Shown here: piece after piece, positions 19,628-29,660 of the stretch
Numbering within the stretch: the first letter of the stretch is position 1
Layout of the letters: every line of letters begins with the position of its first letter
Source of the DNA: an uncultured Nitrososphaerota archaeon
GTDB taxonomy: Archaea > Thermoproteota > EX4484-205 > JAAOZP01
Assembly (NCBI GenBank): GCA_964416155.1
Contig: CAYQCW010000001.1
Location: 32,001 to 96,000, forward strand
Direction: 5' to 3'
DNA length: 64,000 nucleotides
The notes under the pieces: generated by a model
What the model saw: the letters and a program-made list of their open reading frames with translations, nothing else
Databases searched by the model: none
Told to the model about the DNA's origin: nothing
Position numbers and translations under genes: made by a program

Positions 19628-20557
19628 TTACTGGTAGAATATTTTGCTGGGCGGCAAATTCTTACCCCGCTCTCTCATAAAGACGCCAACCTCAGCCAAT
19701 TTCGGTATCCCTGCTCTCCCCCCAAGCTTCCTGCACTTCATCGCCGCTACTGCATTCGAAAATTCTATAACAAAATCTAAAGGCCATTCTTGCAGCATTC
19801 CGTATACAAAAGCACCGCTATAAACATCTCCGGCACCAGTTGTATCAACCACGTCAACGCGAAATGCTTCCTTTTTAATTATCGTGTCTCCAGCTACACA
19901 TAAAGATCCTTGGTCGCCCAGAGTAACCGCCACCACCTTTGGACCTGCCTTCAGAAGAATTCTAGCAGCCTCCAAGGGCACCTGTCTCCTTGTTATTGAA
20001 CGCGCCCAATCAAGAGACGCTATGAAGACATCAACGCAACTAATAATCCTGTTATATTCTGGCGCGTATTCTGCCGTACTACAAAAGACGGGGATTCTAT
20101 TTTTCTTTGCAATCGTAGCTGCCCTTATTGAAGCTTCATGAACACCGTCTATGTACAATGCTCCTGCTTCACTTATCCAATTCAAGTTAGCCTTGGCAAC
20201 ATGATCCAGCAATGTTTCATCATAATAAAACGCAATAGTTCGCTTACCTGAAGATTCGTCCACAAGCACATACGACGTAGGAGTAAGTAATCCTTGTGCA
20301 ACTATCATGTGACTTACGTCTACACCTTCATCAGCAAGATCAGACATCACGAATTTACCATTTTCATCGTCTCCAACACACCAAATCATGGTGGTTTTCA
20401 AGCCTAATCTAGACATGGTTACGACAGCATTTCCAGTAACTCCACCTCCTTGCTTCATCATTTTTGTCATCCGTATTTTTTCGTTGCTGCTCGGTATATG
20501 CGGAACAACACCTATGTAGTCGACACCGCAAATACCTAGCCCGACAACTGAAGACAT
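19628..20557 (-). CDS. PfkB-family carbohydrate kinase (ribokinase/sulfofructose kinase-like)
   Basis: GGGVTGNA, VGDDENG and DTTGAGD signature. Confidence 0.9.
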   Translation of the reverse strand: MSSVVGLGICGVDYIGVVPHIPSSNEKIRMTKMMKQGGGVTGNAVVTMSRLGLKTTMIWCVGDDENGKFVMSDLADEGVDVSHMIVAQGLLTPTSYVLVDESSGKRTIAFYYDETLLDHVAKANLNWISEAGALYIDGVHEASIRAATIAKKNRIPVFCSTAEYAPEYNRIISCVDVFIASLDWARSITRRQVPLEAARILLKAGPKVVAVTLGDQGSLCVAGDTIIKKEAFRVDVVDTTGAGDVYSGAFVYGMLQEWPLDFVIEFSNAVAAMKCRKLGGRAGIPKLAEVGVFMRERGKNLPPSKIFYQ

Positions 20558-20660
20558 TACATATCGTCGCTTTAATATTGATTCACGTGTTTTTAAATTA
20601 TTTTAGCGCGTGCTAAGTCAGTCTAAAGCTAATCGAAAAGAAGGATTATTTGAAAAGAAC

Positions 20661-22271
20661 CTATACTAACTGTTTAAGCCTCTTTATATGCCCTTTTCCG
20701 ACTCCTCGGACAGCACATCTGTTCTTCAAGTACTCAATTATCTTATTATCTTCGACAATGTTGAAAGCATCCACGATTGCTGGAGTACCCCCGTTAATCC
20801 TTAGAACCTCCTTAGGCTCCAGCTGAAGGTAATCGTTATGCCTAACAGCGAAGACTATGGCGTCAGCATCCTTGACAACCTTATCAAGATCCTGCTCAAC
20901 CCTCAGATTCTTCAAGTCATCCTGGTTCCTAAATTGCTTTGCCAGCGAGAACTCGTCTTCATCCTGCTGGGCAAACTCTGGCCAGACCTTCACATAGGGA
21001 TCGTGAACCCTTATTTCAGCACCCATTTCCCTAAGCCTCCTTATCAGGATCTCTGAAGGCGAGTGGCGAGTATCACCTATGTCCGCAAGGTAGGAGGCCC
21101 CGAGAACCGCTACGGTTGAGCCCTTAATACCCCTCCCACTCTCCTTAAGAGCATCCGCAACCAAGTCGGCGGTGTGAAGCGGCATTTTATCGTTTATGTT
21201 TATCGCTTCAACGGTGTATGGCACGCCATCGCTGCATCCGAATATTTCCATGAAAGCCCAGTTAGCCAGCACGCTGTCCTTCGTTAAACAGTACCCGCCA
21301 ACACCCAGTCCAGGGTTCATAATGTTGCTGTGGGTTGGGCGAACCCTAATCCCTGGGAGAACCTTCCAAAGATCTATCCCTATCTCCTCAGCCCTAAGCG
21401 TCCAATCGTATATGAAAGCTATGTTTACTGCCCTGTAAGAGTTCTCCAGTACTTTCGCGACTTCAGAGGCAGTTGTGTTTTCAGCCTCGTAGAGAGGATA
21501 GGTGATCACTCGTGATAAGAATCTTCTCGCAAGCTCAGTACTCTCCCTGTCTATTCCAGCCCAAGTTCTCCAAAAGTCCCTTATGGAGCTGACGTATTTC
21601 CTACCGGGCATAACCCTCTCATAGGAATGAGCCAGATGCGGTGGTTTAGTTATGCCCCTTTTCTCCCTCTCTTCCTTCAGTAGGGGGAGGACGATTCTCT
21701 CACAGGTTCCTGGAGGCACAGTGGTTTCAACCAGAACTAGAGCATCCTTCCTCATGTATTTCCCTATTGTTCTGCAGCCGGCTTTGAAAGAATCCAGCTC
21801 AATGTATCCTGTTTCGGCCTTTCCGAAAACAGGCTTCGCAGCGTCCAGCTGTATGTCGACAACGATTATGTCGGCAAGACCCAGCGACTCCTCGCAGCCA
21901 GTAGCCATCAGGGTCTTCTTTTCAAGAACAGTCCTCCGAAATATTTCAGGTATCTCAGGATCCTCTGCACTCATGGGAGGCTTCCCCGAGTTTATGTAGG
22001 GAATCTTCCAATAGGATCTTTTAGAAGGCCTTTGGTAGCCGAGCACAAAGTATGGAGAATCCTTCGCGTCCGCGACGACTGCGGCCATGACTGCCCCGAC
22101 GAAACCCAGCCCCATGACTGTAACTATCTCTCTCCCCATAGCCCGCTGATCCTCAACAATCTTACTTATGCTTGCAAGCTCAGCCTTCAACTCTTCTCTA
22201 GTTGGAATCCTATACTTAATACCTTCTGGTGAAACAGAGTATTCCGACATTTCTAACCCTCCGGATGCCAC
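20661..22271 (-). CDS. NDP-sugar 6-dehydrogenase (UDP-glucose/UDP-HexNAc dehydrogenase family), long form
   Basis: GLGFVG, ETTVPPGT, SYERVMPG, KVLENSYRAVNIA and catalytic GVGGYCLTKD. Confidence 0.9.
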   Translation of the reverse strand: MASGGLEMSEYSVSPEGIKYRIPTREELKAELASISKIVEDQRAMGREIVTVMGLGFVGAVMAAVVADAKDSPYFVLGYQRPSKRSYWKIPYINSGKPPMSAEDPEIPEIFRRTVLEKKTLMATGCEESLGLADIIVVDIQLDAAKPVFGKAETGYIELDSFKAGCRTIGKYMRKDALVLVETTVPPGTCERIVLPLLKEEREKRGITKPPHLAHSYERVMPGRKYVSSIRDFWRTWAGIDRESTELARRFLSRVITYPLYEAENTTASEVAKVLENSYRAVNIAFIYDWTLRAEEIGIDLWKVLPGIRVRPTHSNIMNPGLGVGGYCLTKDSVLANWAFMEIFGCSDGVPYTVEAININDKMPLHTADLVADALKESGRGIKGSTVAVLGASYLADIGDTRHSPSEILIRRLREMGAEIRVHDPYVKVWPEFAQQDEDEFSLAKQFRNQDDLKNLRVEQDLDKVVKDADAIVFAVRHNDYLQLEPKEVLRINGGTPAIVDAFNIVEDNKIIEYLKNRCAVRGVGKGHIKRLKQLV

Positions 22272-24601
22272 TCGCCATGTTTAAAGATTATTAAGCTTTT
22301 CCATTCGCTACCCGGTGATTTCCACCCCTCGTCGACAACCATGTCGCTAAGGCTCTCCCTGTCGATTATCGTCCTTTTCGCAAGCGAGCTGTTAACTAAG
22401 CATCTTTTCAGGATGCTGTTCCACACTATGGCACCCCTCTCGATCCTGCTTCCCTCTATCATCGAGTTATGTAGTACGCACCAAGGCTTGACATGAACCT
22501 CTCCTCTGAAAACGATCACTCCGCTCAGAAAGGAATTGACACCAACATAGAAGTGAACATCACCGTATTCGTCTAACCCAGGTATCTCGTTGAACGCTAG
22601 AGACCTCAACTGCCTAGTGAACTTCTTGTCGAACTTCTTTAAACCACCCTCCTTTTCAGCAATCCTCATCATATCTCGCAGAAAAAGCTTCACCCTGCTC
22701 TCCACGTATATACGTGCACCCAAGTCTACAGTAACTCCGAAAACCTTCTCAATCGCTTCTAGAGAAGACCCCTCTAACAATTCCAAGTCGGCGTAATCCA
22801 TATCCGGGATTTCCCTCACCTTTCCATATGTTTCACCGTCTCTCGAGCAGACCACCATACTCCTTAGAAGCCTGAAGGCATCGACTTCGGCCTGAAAGAT
22901 GTCGCACCTCTCCACTATGGTGTTCTCCCCAATAATTGAGCCAACTATAGTGGAATCAATTATTCTAGCGTTTTTCCCGATTCTTACAAAACCTAAGGGT
23001 GGAGCAATAATGAAAGAATTACTTATGCAAGAACCCTCCTCTATGGTTACGTTCCCCCTCATGTCAACCCTGCCTGAGAAAACAGTCCCCATCCCTATTC
23101 TGCTGGTGTCAAAATCCTCACTGACCGTTATTACAGCCTCCCCCTCTGTAACACACCCTTTTTCCATAAGCATCCTGGCTAGCTTCCTAGACTGCAGCAT
23201 CGCTCCAACCCTAGCCTCACTCCTATAGTCGTATCCCTCGCCAACGCCCTCCCCACCTTTAAGCAGGTATATGTTGACCCTCTCCCCCTTTGAAACAGCC
23301 TCTTTAGAGACTTCCGGCAGGAAGTATTCACCGCCAGCATGCTTTTCCAAAACGTATACTCCAGGCGGGCTTGGCCCAATCCTTCTACATAAGTTTATTG
23401 AAAGCAGCTCCTCTTTAGGCAATCCATATCTCTTTTCATCAGGTTTTAACGAAAAAATCTCGGGGTTCGGCACTACAATCTCTAAACCATCTTTTAAAAC
23501 CCGCCCGTAGTTAGGAGCGTCAACATCCCTCATAACGTTAAGATAAACCTCAGCGTTCACAACCATTAGCCCCGTGTTCCTCTCCCTTATCGCGTTAAGA
23601 TAGTCTGTTGAAACCTTGAACTCGAGGAGGTTCACCTCCAGTGAACCGATGCTTCTCCTCTGCTCTTCAGTAACCCCGATTTCATCCTGCTCCTTAATAT
23701 CTAAAAATTCGTCTGACCTAGGGTCGAAAAGCAGAGCCTTCCCGTCTAGCTTAACCCTTCTCTCCTCAAGCCGCTCTCTTGAAAGAACTATTTTCCCATC
23801 TGGAAGAGCCTCCCTTATGGGATGGCATATGCATATTTTGTCTCCAGCCCGATCAACATCCTGCTTCCTCAGGAAAATGAATGAGGCCCATTCACCGTAT
23901 TTCGCCGTATCCACCTCGGGAAGCCTAAGCGCAATCAGCTCCCCGCTTTTAATCATCCTGTTTATCTCCAGCGATTTTCCATCCTTAACATCTTTCTCAT
24001 CCACCATACCTAAAACCTTCTTCGGGTGTCTAACTATCCTCCCATACATGAATGGATCACCCTTGTCGGACGTGACTACAGTGATCTTCGCGCCTGAAGA
24101 CACGTGACTCATTATAATGCTCCTTATCTCTTCAGGAGGAACTGTCGGCACATCCCCGTAGTATATGAAAACGTATTTCGCCCCACTCTCTTCAACAAGC
24201 TTCTTACCCTCAAAGCTGGTTGCTGCAGCACCAGTACCCTTGTCACCAGGGTTGTCGAAAAAAACCCTGACATTCCTCCATTTCGCAGCCACATCTTTCA
24301 GATCCATCAGCGCCTTGAGGTCTATAAGGTCCCGTTCATCTTTACACTCTTCAACGCTCTCCACCACCTTTCTGCCGACTGAAAGAAGAATCGACTTAAC
24401 TAGGCCGCATTGCATTATGGTGCCGAATATAGTGTCCAAGTATGTTTTCCTCCAGAAGAGATCTCTCATCGCAGGCTTCGAAATAGTGTCAGTATACGGG
24501 TCTAACCTGGTCCAAAGCGGCGTAGACCTGAAGCCTGAGCCGCCGGCAGGAACAATCGCAACAGTGTTTTCCCTGATTGTCTCTTCAGACCAGCTTTCCA
24601 T
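22253..24601 (-). CDS. GlmU-like sugar-1-phosphate nucleotidyltransferase with large insertions and hexapeptide (LbetaH) repeats
   Basis: AGGSGFRS...SKP, KGTGAA, YGDVP, DPFMYGRIVR, ERNTG and GEYFLPE; C-terminal I/V-G-x-x-x-x repeats. Confidence 0.75.
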   Translation of the reverse strand: MESWSEETIRENTVAIVPAGGSGFRSTPLWTRLDPYTDTISKPAMRDLFWRKTYLDTIFGTIMQCGLVKSILLSVGRKVVESVEECKDERDLIDLKALMDLKDVAAKWRNVRVFFDNPGDKGTGAAATSFEGKKLVEESGAKYVFIYYGDVPTVPPEEIRSIIMSHVSSGAKITVVTSDKGDPFMYGRIVRHPKKVLGMVDEKDVKDGKSLEINRMIKSGELIALRLPEVDTAKYGEWASFIFLRKQDVDRAGDKICICHPIREALPDGKIVLSRERLEERRVKLDGKALLFDPRSDEFLDIKEQDEIGVTEEQRRSIGSLEVNLLEFKVSTDYLNAIRERNTGLMVVNAEVYLNVMRDVDAPNYGRVLKDGLEIVVPNPEIFSLKPDEKRYGLPKEELLSINLCRRIGPSPPGVYVLEKHAGGEYFLPEVSKEAVSKGERVNIYLLKGGEGVGEGYDYRSEARVGAMLQSRKLARMLMEKGCVTEGEAVITVSEDFDTSRIGMGTVFSGRVDMRGNVTIEEGSCISNSFIIAPPLGFVRIGKNARIIDSTIVGSIIGENTIVERCDIFQAEVDAFRLLRSMVVCSRDGETYGKVREIPDMDYADLELLEGSSLEAIEKVFGVTVDLGARIYVESRVKLFLRDMMRIAEKEGGLKKFDKKFTRQLRSLAFNEIPGLDEYGDVHFYVGVNSFLSGVIVFRGEVHVKPWCVLHNSMIEGSRIERGAIVWNSILKRCLVNSSLAKRTIIDRESLSDMVVDEGWKSPGSEWKSLIIFKHGEWHPEG

Positions 24602-24649
24602 GATGGAACCTGAAGATTAAGAGTTTTTTTTAAAGTTTAAGGGTATAGT

Positions 24650-26221
24650 TTAAATAAGACAGGCACCCTCAACAGGGCTAACCAGCGTTATACCGTTTTT
24701 CGGCCTGCTCTCGTCACAATAATACTCTTTCACCAACACATCTACAACCTTACCCACAGACTTATTATCCACGAGGATCTCGACACAGCCCCCTAGGCCG
24801 GCACCTACCATGGATGCCCCTAAGGTACCTGGGACTTTTAACGCAGAGTCAACCAGGTAATCAGTCTCCACAGTTCCACAACCATAGTAGCCCGACTGAA
24901 ACTCCAGCCTAGCCTCGCCTTCTAAACCGGTAAGCCTCTCCAAGTATTCGTCAGTCACCCTTACGTGCCATTTTGCGCCTGATTTAACCACCCTATCCGC
25001 GTCATGTGAAACATTCATCAGTCTTCCGAAAAGCTCCACGTCCCCCGGTAGAATCCATTCTGTTTTCCTGCTCCGTTCACATTCTGAAATCCCGAATAAG
25101 CATACCCCCCTCAAGTCATACCCTTCCTTAGGCTCCTTATGCTCTTTAAACAGCCTGTTCAACCATTCCTCTTTCTCCGGAAGGAGGCTTCTAAGCTCAC
25201 TCCTACTTATTTTCTCAGGCAGGGATTTAAGCATCCTATATATTTCAACAGTTTCAAAATTCTCAGGATTGACATCTCTCAAATACTCGAGCGTCTTCAA
25301 TTCAGGGTTGAACTTCTTCATGAGCTCAAACCCGAACTCGTAGGTGGAAATCTTTTCGTTGAAAATGCTCCTAGCCCCCGTCATCTTGCTTGCTGCAACA
25401 AAGGAGTTGCAGAGAAGGATGCTGACTCCGGTTGGGAAGGGTATGTAGGATATTTTAAACGGGAAGAAGCCTATGTGACTTATGAAGCCTTTTTTCGAGA
25501 AGAGCATTGCCGCCTGATCCCCCCATCCACCCCTGGTTCCCACGTACCATTCCCCTATGCCAGTGTATTCAACCATCTTCTCCCTTGGGATTTCAAGACC
25601 GTTCAGGTTTGAAACAGTCAAGTACGTGGCGACGACTAGCGCCGATGACGAGGAAAGCCCTGCGGACCGAGGTATGTCCCCATAGCAGACAATGTTCGCC
25701 CCGAGAAGCCTTCTCCTATATGAGCCATTATCCATGTAAACGTTCTGCAAGTAGCATATTGACTTAACATAGTTTATCCAAGATTTTCTCTCCTTCTCCG
25801 GTTTCCTCTCGATGTTTTCCTGAGTCCACTTTCTCCATCCATCCACCGTAGATATTTTTCTCGTTGGCAACTCCTCTCCGATTTCAAACTTCCCGGATTC
25901 AAACCTCTCCTCAGCGTTATGAATCTCAACACAGGAGTCTTCTCTTCTTTCAGCAACCATTATGACTTCTCTCGGAATCACGATCGGGTTTACGAACCCC
26001 CCTCTGTGATCCACGTGTCTACCCATAAGGTTTACTCTACCTGGAACCCTGACGATTATCACTTTCCTTTCAAAACCGTATGTTTCCCCAAAAATCTTCA
26101 AAACCTTCAGAATCACTCTCCTCCTCTCCTCCATGAAATCCGACCCATATATTTCAGCCAGCCTACTAGACCCGGGACCGGTTTTGATGAAATCGACCCA
26201 TGATGAAACAGTTCTCATCAT
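24650..26221 (-). CDS. GHMP-family sugar-1-kinase (galactokinase-like)
   Basis: PGRVNLMGRHVDH, PRSAGLSSSSA, GGWGDQ and GAGLGGC. Confidence 0.88.
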   Translation of the reverse strand: MMRTVSSWVDFIKTGPGSSRLAEIYGSDFMEERRRVILKVLKIFGETYGFERKVIIVRVPGRVNLMGRHVDHRGGFVNPIVIPREVIMVAERREDSCVEIHNAEERFESGKFEIGEELPTRKISTVDGWRKWTQENIERKPEKERKSWINYVKSICYLQNVYMDNGSYRRRLLGANIVCYGDIPRSAGLSSSSALVVATYLTVSNLNGLEIPREKMVEYTGIGEWYVGTRGGWGDQAAMLFSKKGFISHIGFFPFKISYIPFPTGVSILLCNSFVAASKMTGARSIFNEKISTYEFGFELMKKFNPELKTLEYLRDVNPENFETVEIYRMLKSLPEKISRSELRSLLPEKEEWLNRLFKEHKEPKEGYDLRGVCLFGISECERSRKTEWILPGDVELFGRLMNVSHDADRVVKSGAKWHVRVTDEYLERLTGLEGEARLEFQSGYYGCGTVETDYLVDSALKVPGTLGASMVGAGLGGCVEILVDNKSVGKVVDVLVKEYYCDESRPKNGITLVSPVEGACLI

Positions 26222-26293
26222 TCTGCTGAAAACAGCCTCTAGAATTCATATTTAAGCGTTGAACTGATGGTTAGCTAATTTTTAAATATCTAT

Positions 26294-27325
26294 TTGAGGG
26301 TTAGAGAAGACATGCCTGTCAGAGTGGCGGTCTACGGGTTGGGTCCAATAGGAATGCTTATAGCCAGAAAAGTTTTTGAGAGGAAAGGCCTTGAACTCGT
26401 GGCTGCTTTCGAGACTGATCCTTCTAAAATAGGCAGGGATATTGGCGAAGTGATTAACATAGGGGAGAGGATTGGCTTAATTGTTTCAAGAGAGTCTGAA
26501 GCAACTGAAATTCTGAGGAGAAGCAGGGCTGATGTTGTACTTCACGCAACCTCCTCCTTCTTGGATAAAATATATCCGCAGATCGTTAAATGTGTTGAAG
26601 CAGGGGTTGATTTAATCTCGACTTCAGAGACACTAGCCAACCCTTGGTATCGTTATCCTCAGCTGGCTTCAGAAATAGACAGGATGGCTAGGGAAAACAA
26701 TGTTTCAATCATAGGTGCCGGCGTAAACCCTGGGTTTGTATTCGACGCTTTACCCATACTCATGACATTGGTCTGCACAAGAATAGACTGTTTAAGAGTC
26801 ACAAGGTCTTTAGACGCCGGAAAAAGAAGGTTTTCCTTCCAGAAGAAATACGGGCTTGCCTTAAGCGTTGACGAGTTTAAGCGTAAAATGGAGAGTGGCG
26901 AGATAACGGCACACATAGGATACGGGGAATCCGTTGGTCTTATCGCAACTGCTCTGGGAGTAAGCCTGACTAGGATAGTTGAGAAACAGGAACCGATAGT
27001 CTCCGAGAAACCGCTGAAAACGCAATATTTTGAAATAATGCCTGGAAGAGTCTCTGGGGTACATGGCTATGGAGCTGGCTATGCCGGGGGGAAAGAGTTG
27101 ATCAGGGTCGAGCTGCTGGCTGAAGCGGGCAGGGAGGAGTTTGAAGAGGTAATCATCGAAGGAGAACCTCCAGTGAGGTGGAGGAGCACCGGCATTGTCG
27201 GCGACACTGCTACTGCCGCAGTAATAATTAACCTTATCCCGAAGGTTTTAGAGGCAAGACCAGGCTTGCTGAGAATAACAGATATCCCCCTGCCGTCTGC
27301 CTTCTTAACTTTAAAAACGGATTAA
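26294..27325 (+). CDS. DapB-like NAD(P)-dependent dehydrogenase, 2,4-diaminopentanoate dehydrogenase (Ord)-like
   Basis: YGLGPIG, GVNPGFVFD, FQKKYG, AHIGYGES and GDTATAA. Confidence 0.8.
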   Translation: MRVREDMPVRVAVYGLGPIGMLIARKVFERKGLELVAAFETDPSKIGRDIGEVINIGERIGLIVSRESEATEILRRSRADVVLHATSSFLDKIYPQIVKCVEAGVDLISTSETLANPWYRYPQLASEIDRMARENNVSIIGAGVNPGFVFDALPILMTLVCTRIDCLRVTRSLDAGKRRFSFQKKYGLALSVDEFKRKMESGEITAHIGYGESVGLIATALGVSLTRIVEKQEPIVSEKPLKTQYFEIMPGRVSGVHGYGAGYAGGKELIRVELLAEAGREEFEEVIIEGEPPVRWRSTGIVGDTATAAVIINLIPKVLEARPGLLRITDIPLPSAFLTLKTD

Positions 27326-27343
27326 ACGTTTATAGTTTGGAAG

Positions 27344-28642
27344 ATGAGCTACTGGGAAAGAACGAGAAAATCCAGAGAACTCTTTGAAAAGGCTAAGAAA
27401 CATATTCCCGGCGGGTCGGCCTACTCAATAAGGTATTTTGAGCCATATCCTTTCTACGTCAGCCGAGCTGAAGGCAGCAGGATCTGGGATGTCGATGGTA
27501 ATGAATATATTGATTTTTGGATGGTTCATTTCGCCGCTGTCCTCGGACACGGCTATAAACCGGTAATCGAAGCTGCAAGGGAACAGCTTGAATACGGTGC
27601 GCATTTCGGATGGTGCAACGAATGGGAGGGGAAGTGGGCGGAGGCAGTGTGCAGATGGTTTGATATGGATATGGCTAAGCCAGCCAACAGCGGGACGGAG
27701 GCTAACATGTATGCAGTCAGGCTTGCGAGAGCCTACACTGGAAGAAGGAAAATCGGGAAGATGGAAGGGGGATGGCACGGAGGATACGATGGATTACATA
27801 AGGCGGTTAACTATCCTTACGATAAACCATCCTCGCTGGGCTTAACCAGCGTTGAAAACATTATTCCACTACCATTTAACGATCTTGAGGCAACAATAAG
27901 AATAGCTGAGAAGGAGGATCTGGCAGGCATAATCTTAGAACCGGTTCTAGGATCAGCAGGATTTATACCTGCAAGCGGAGAATACTTGAAGGGCATTAGG
28001 GAGTTCTGCAGCATAAGAAACATAGTATTAATATTTGACGAAGTTATCACCGGATTTAGGCATCCTGGAGGAATGCAGAAGTATTTTAAAGTCAAACCTG
28101 ACATTCTAACTCTTGGTAAAACTGCTGGGGGACAGTATTTCGCTGGGGCAGGAGGAATATGTGGAGCCGCCGAGATAATGAGTCTGCTCGACCAGATCGA
28201 GAGGCCGGAGTTTTGGAGCCGGTCATTCCACGGAGGGACATATGTCGGTAATGCTTTAACAATGCACGCCGGGTATGTTACAGTGAACGAGCTTGAGAAG
28301 AGGTGTGAAGAGATATATTCCTACATTAATTCTCTCGGAGAATACGGTAGAAGACGCGTCATGGAGGTTCTTAAAAATAACAGGTTTGAAGCCTATGTTA
28401 CTGGATTACTATCCATGATCGGTTTGCATTTTACAAAAGAAAATCCGGTGAACGGCTTGACGGCGGAGAGAACTAAGAATAGGGAGTTGAGTAGAAAACT
28501 ATTCAACCATATGTTGCAGAATGGGATAGCGTATCAAACACCGGAGACCCCGCATTTTGCTGTCTCCACGGCTCACACTATGGATGAGGTGGAAAGACTC
28601 GCGAAGGAGTTGGAGACCTTTATTAAAACGCGGGTGGAATAG
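27344..28642 (+). CDS. Class III PLP aminotransferase (GSA-aminomutase-like)
   Basis: DVDGNEYID, NSGTEA, GGWHG, FDEVITGFR, LGK (PLP Lys) and HGGTY. Confidence 0.88.
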   Translation: MSYWERTRKSRELFEKAKKHIPGGSAYSIRYFEPYPFYVSRAEGSRIWDVDGNEYIDFWMVHFAAVLGHGYKPVIEAAREQLEYGAHFGWCNEWEGKWAEAVCRWFDMDMAKPANSGTEANMYAVRLARAYTGRRKIGKMEGGWHGGYDGLHKAVNYPYDKPSSLGLTSVENIIPLPFNDLEATIRIAEKEDLAGIILEPVLGSAGFIPASGEYLKGIREFCSIRNIVLIFDEVITGFRHPGGMQKYFKVKPDILTLGKTAGGQYFAGAGGICGAAEIMSLLDQIERPEFWSRSFHGGTYVGNALTMHAGYVTVNELEKRCEEIYSYINSLGEYGRRRVMEVLKNNRFEAYVTGLLSMIGLHFTKENPVNGLTAERTKNRELSRKLFNHMLQNGIAYQTPETPHFAVSTAHTMDEVERLAKELETFIKTRVE

Positions 28643-28709
28643 ATTTCCAATAGTTGGAGAACATTCTTCATCAATATTCCTAGTAACGGAAAATTTATAG
28701 CATGCGAAG

Positions 28710-29522
28710 CTAAGGATTCTTTAAACTGTTTAGACAAGCCTCTATTAAGTCTTTTGAGGTTGTTGACCAAGCATACTTAGTCTCTATCTCTTGAACAAAT
28801 ATTCTTGTAGCCAGCAGCTTGTCAACAGTATCGTGAGCCTCAATAGCTGTAGTGCAATCCCTCAAAATTATAATGTTGTATCCCATTTCACTCATAGCCT
28901 TAACCCCATAATCCCTATGTTGCAGACACATGTTGGTGGCGAAACCCGCGTAGAAAAGGTGGAGTTTCCCCAGTTTCTTGAGTATTCTGTGTAACTGTCT
29001 TCCAGACCTTACGACATAGTCATCCGGCTGAGGGGCAAGTGGCTCCGCTATCATTAGTTTCTCCCCGTATATGTGTTCCCAAGTTTCACGAGGGGGTGAA
29101 AACCCCCTATTGAAAACGGAAAAAATCCCGATCCTCTCAGCGAACTCTCTGGGAGGCCATTCAGGGTCTACGGAAGCGTATGCCGGAAAGCGTTCCTCAT
29201 CCCCTTTTTTAAAGCAGCAGGATGATTGAGGGTATTTTTCAGCCACGTTGGACGAGGGAGCATGTATCACTGTTATACCGGTTCTCCTAGCAGCGTCAAC
29301 TACTGGAACAATTTTTTCCTCAACTATTTTTCTCGACCTCGAGAGGTAGCTTTCACAGTAGTGGATGCTCCAACAATCCACCAAGATTAGAACGCTTTCA
29401 ACAACAGGTATTTCAAGAAATTTCTCAACATAGTGAAAGTCTTTCTCCAAGCACCCGTAGGGCTTCTCCTCAAAGTAAAGCCTATAATACCTAGCGGGGA
29501 TTTTTAACACGGGTTTTTGCAT
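28710..29522 (-). CDS. Isochorismatase-family cysteine hydrolase
   Basis: ILVDCW, VIHAPS, GFATNMCL and LRDCT. Confidence 0.8.
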   Translation of the reverse strand: MQKPVLKIPARYYRLYFEEKPYGCLEKDFHYVEKFLEIPVVESVLILVDCWSIHYCESYLSRSRKIVEEKIVPVVDAARRTGITVIHAPSSNVAEKYPQSSCCFKKGDEERFPAYASVDPEWPPREFAERIGIFSVFNRGFSPPRETWEHIYGEKLMIAEPLAPQPDDYVVRSGRQLHRILKKLGKLHLFYAGFATNMCLQHRDYGVKAMSEMGYNIIILRDCTTAIEAHDTVDKLLATRIFVQEIETKYAWSTTSKDLIEACLNSLKNP

Positions 29523-29660
29523 AGGGATGTCTTAAACAGCTGGTTTAAATCCTTTTCCCACATTGTTGAAAGCGTGCATTCTTCAAACCACCTAGCTCGA
29601 GATTTTAGAAGAATGAGAAAAACTTAAGAAACCCTCGGGCACTCGCTACAAAGATAAGGA

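Noticed and set aside
19628-20557. PfkB kinase with GH31 as a sulfoglycolysis (sulfoquinovose) pathway
   Set aside because: The genes are 30 kb apart, the GH31 has the xylosidase-type KCDMGE motif, and no sulfo-aldolase or isomerase is evident.
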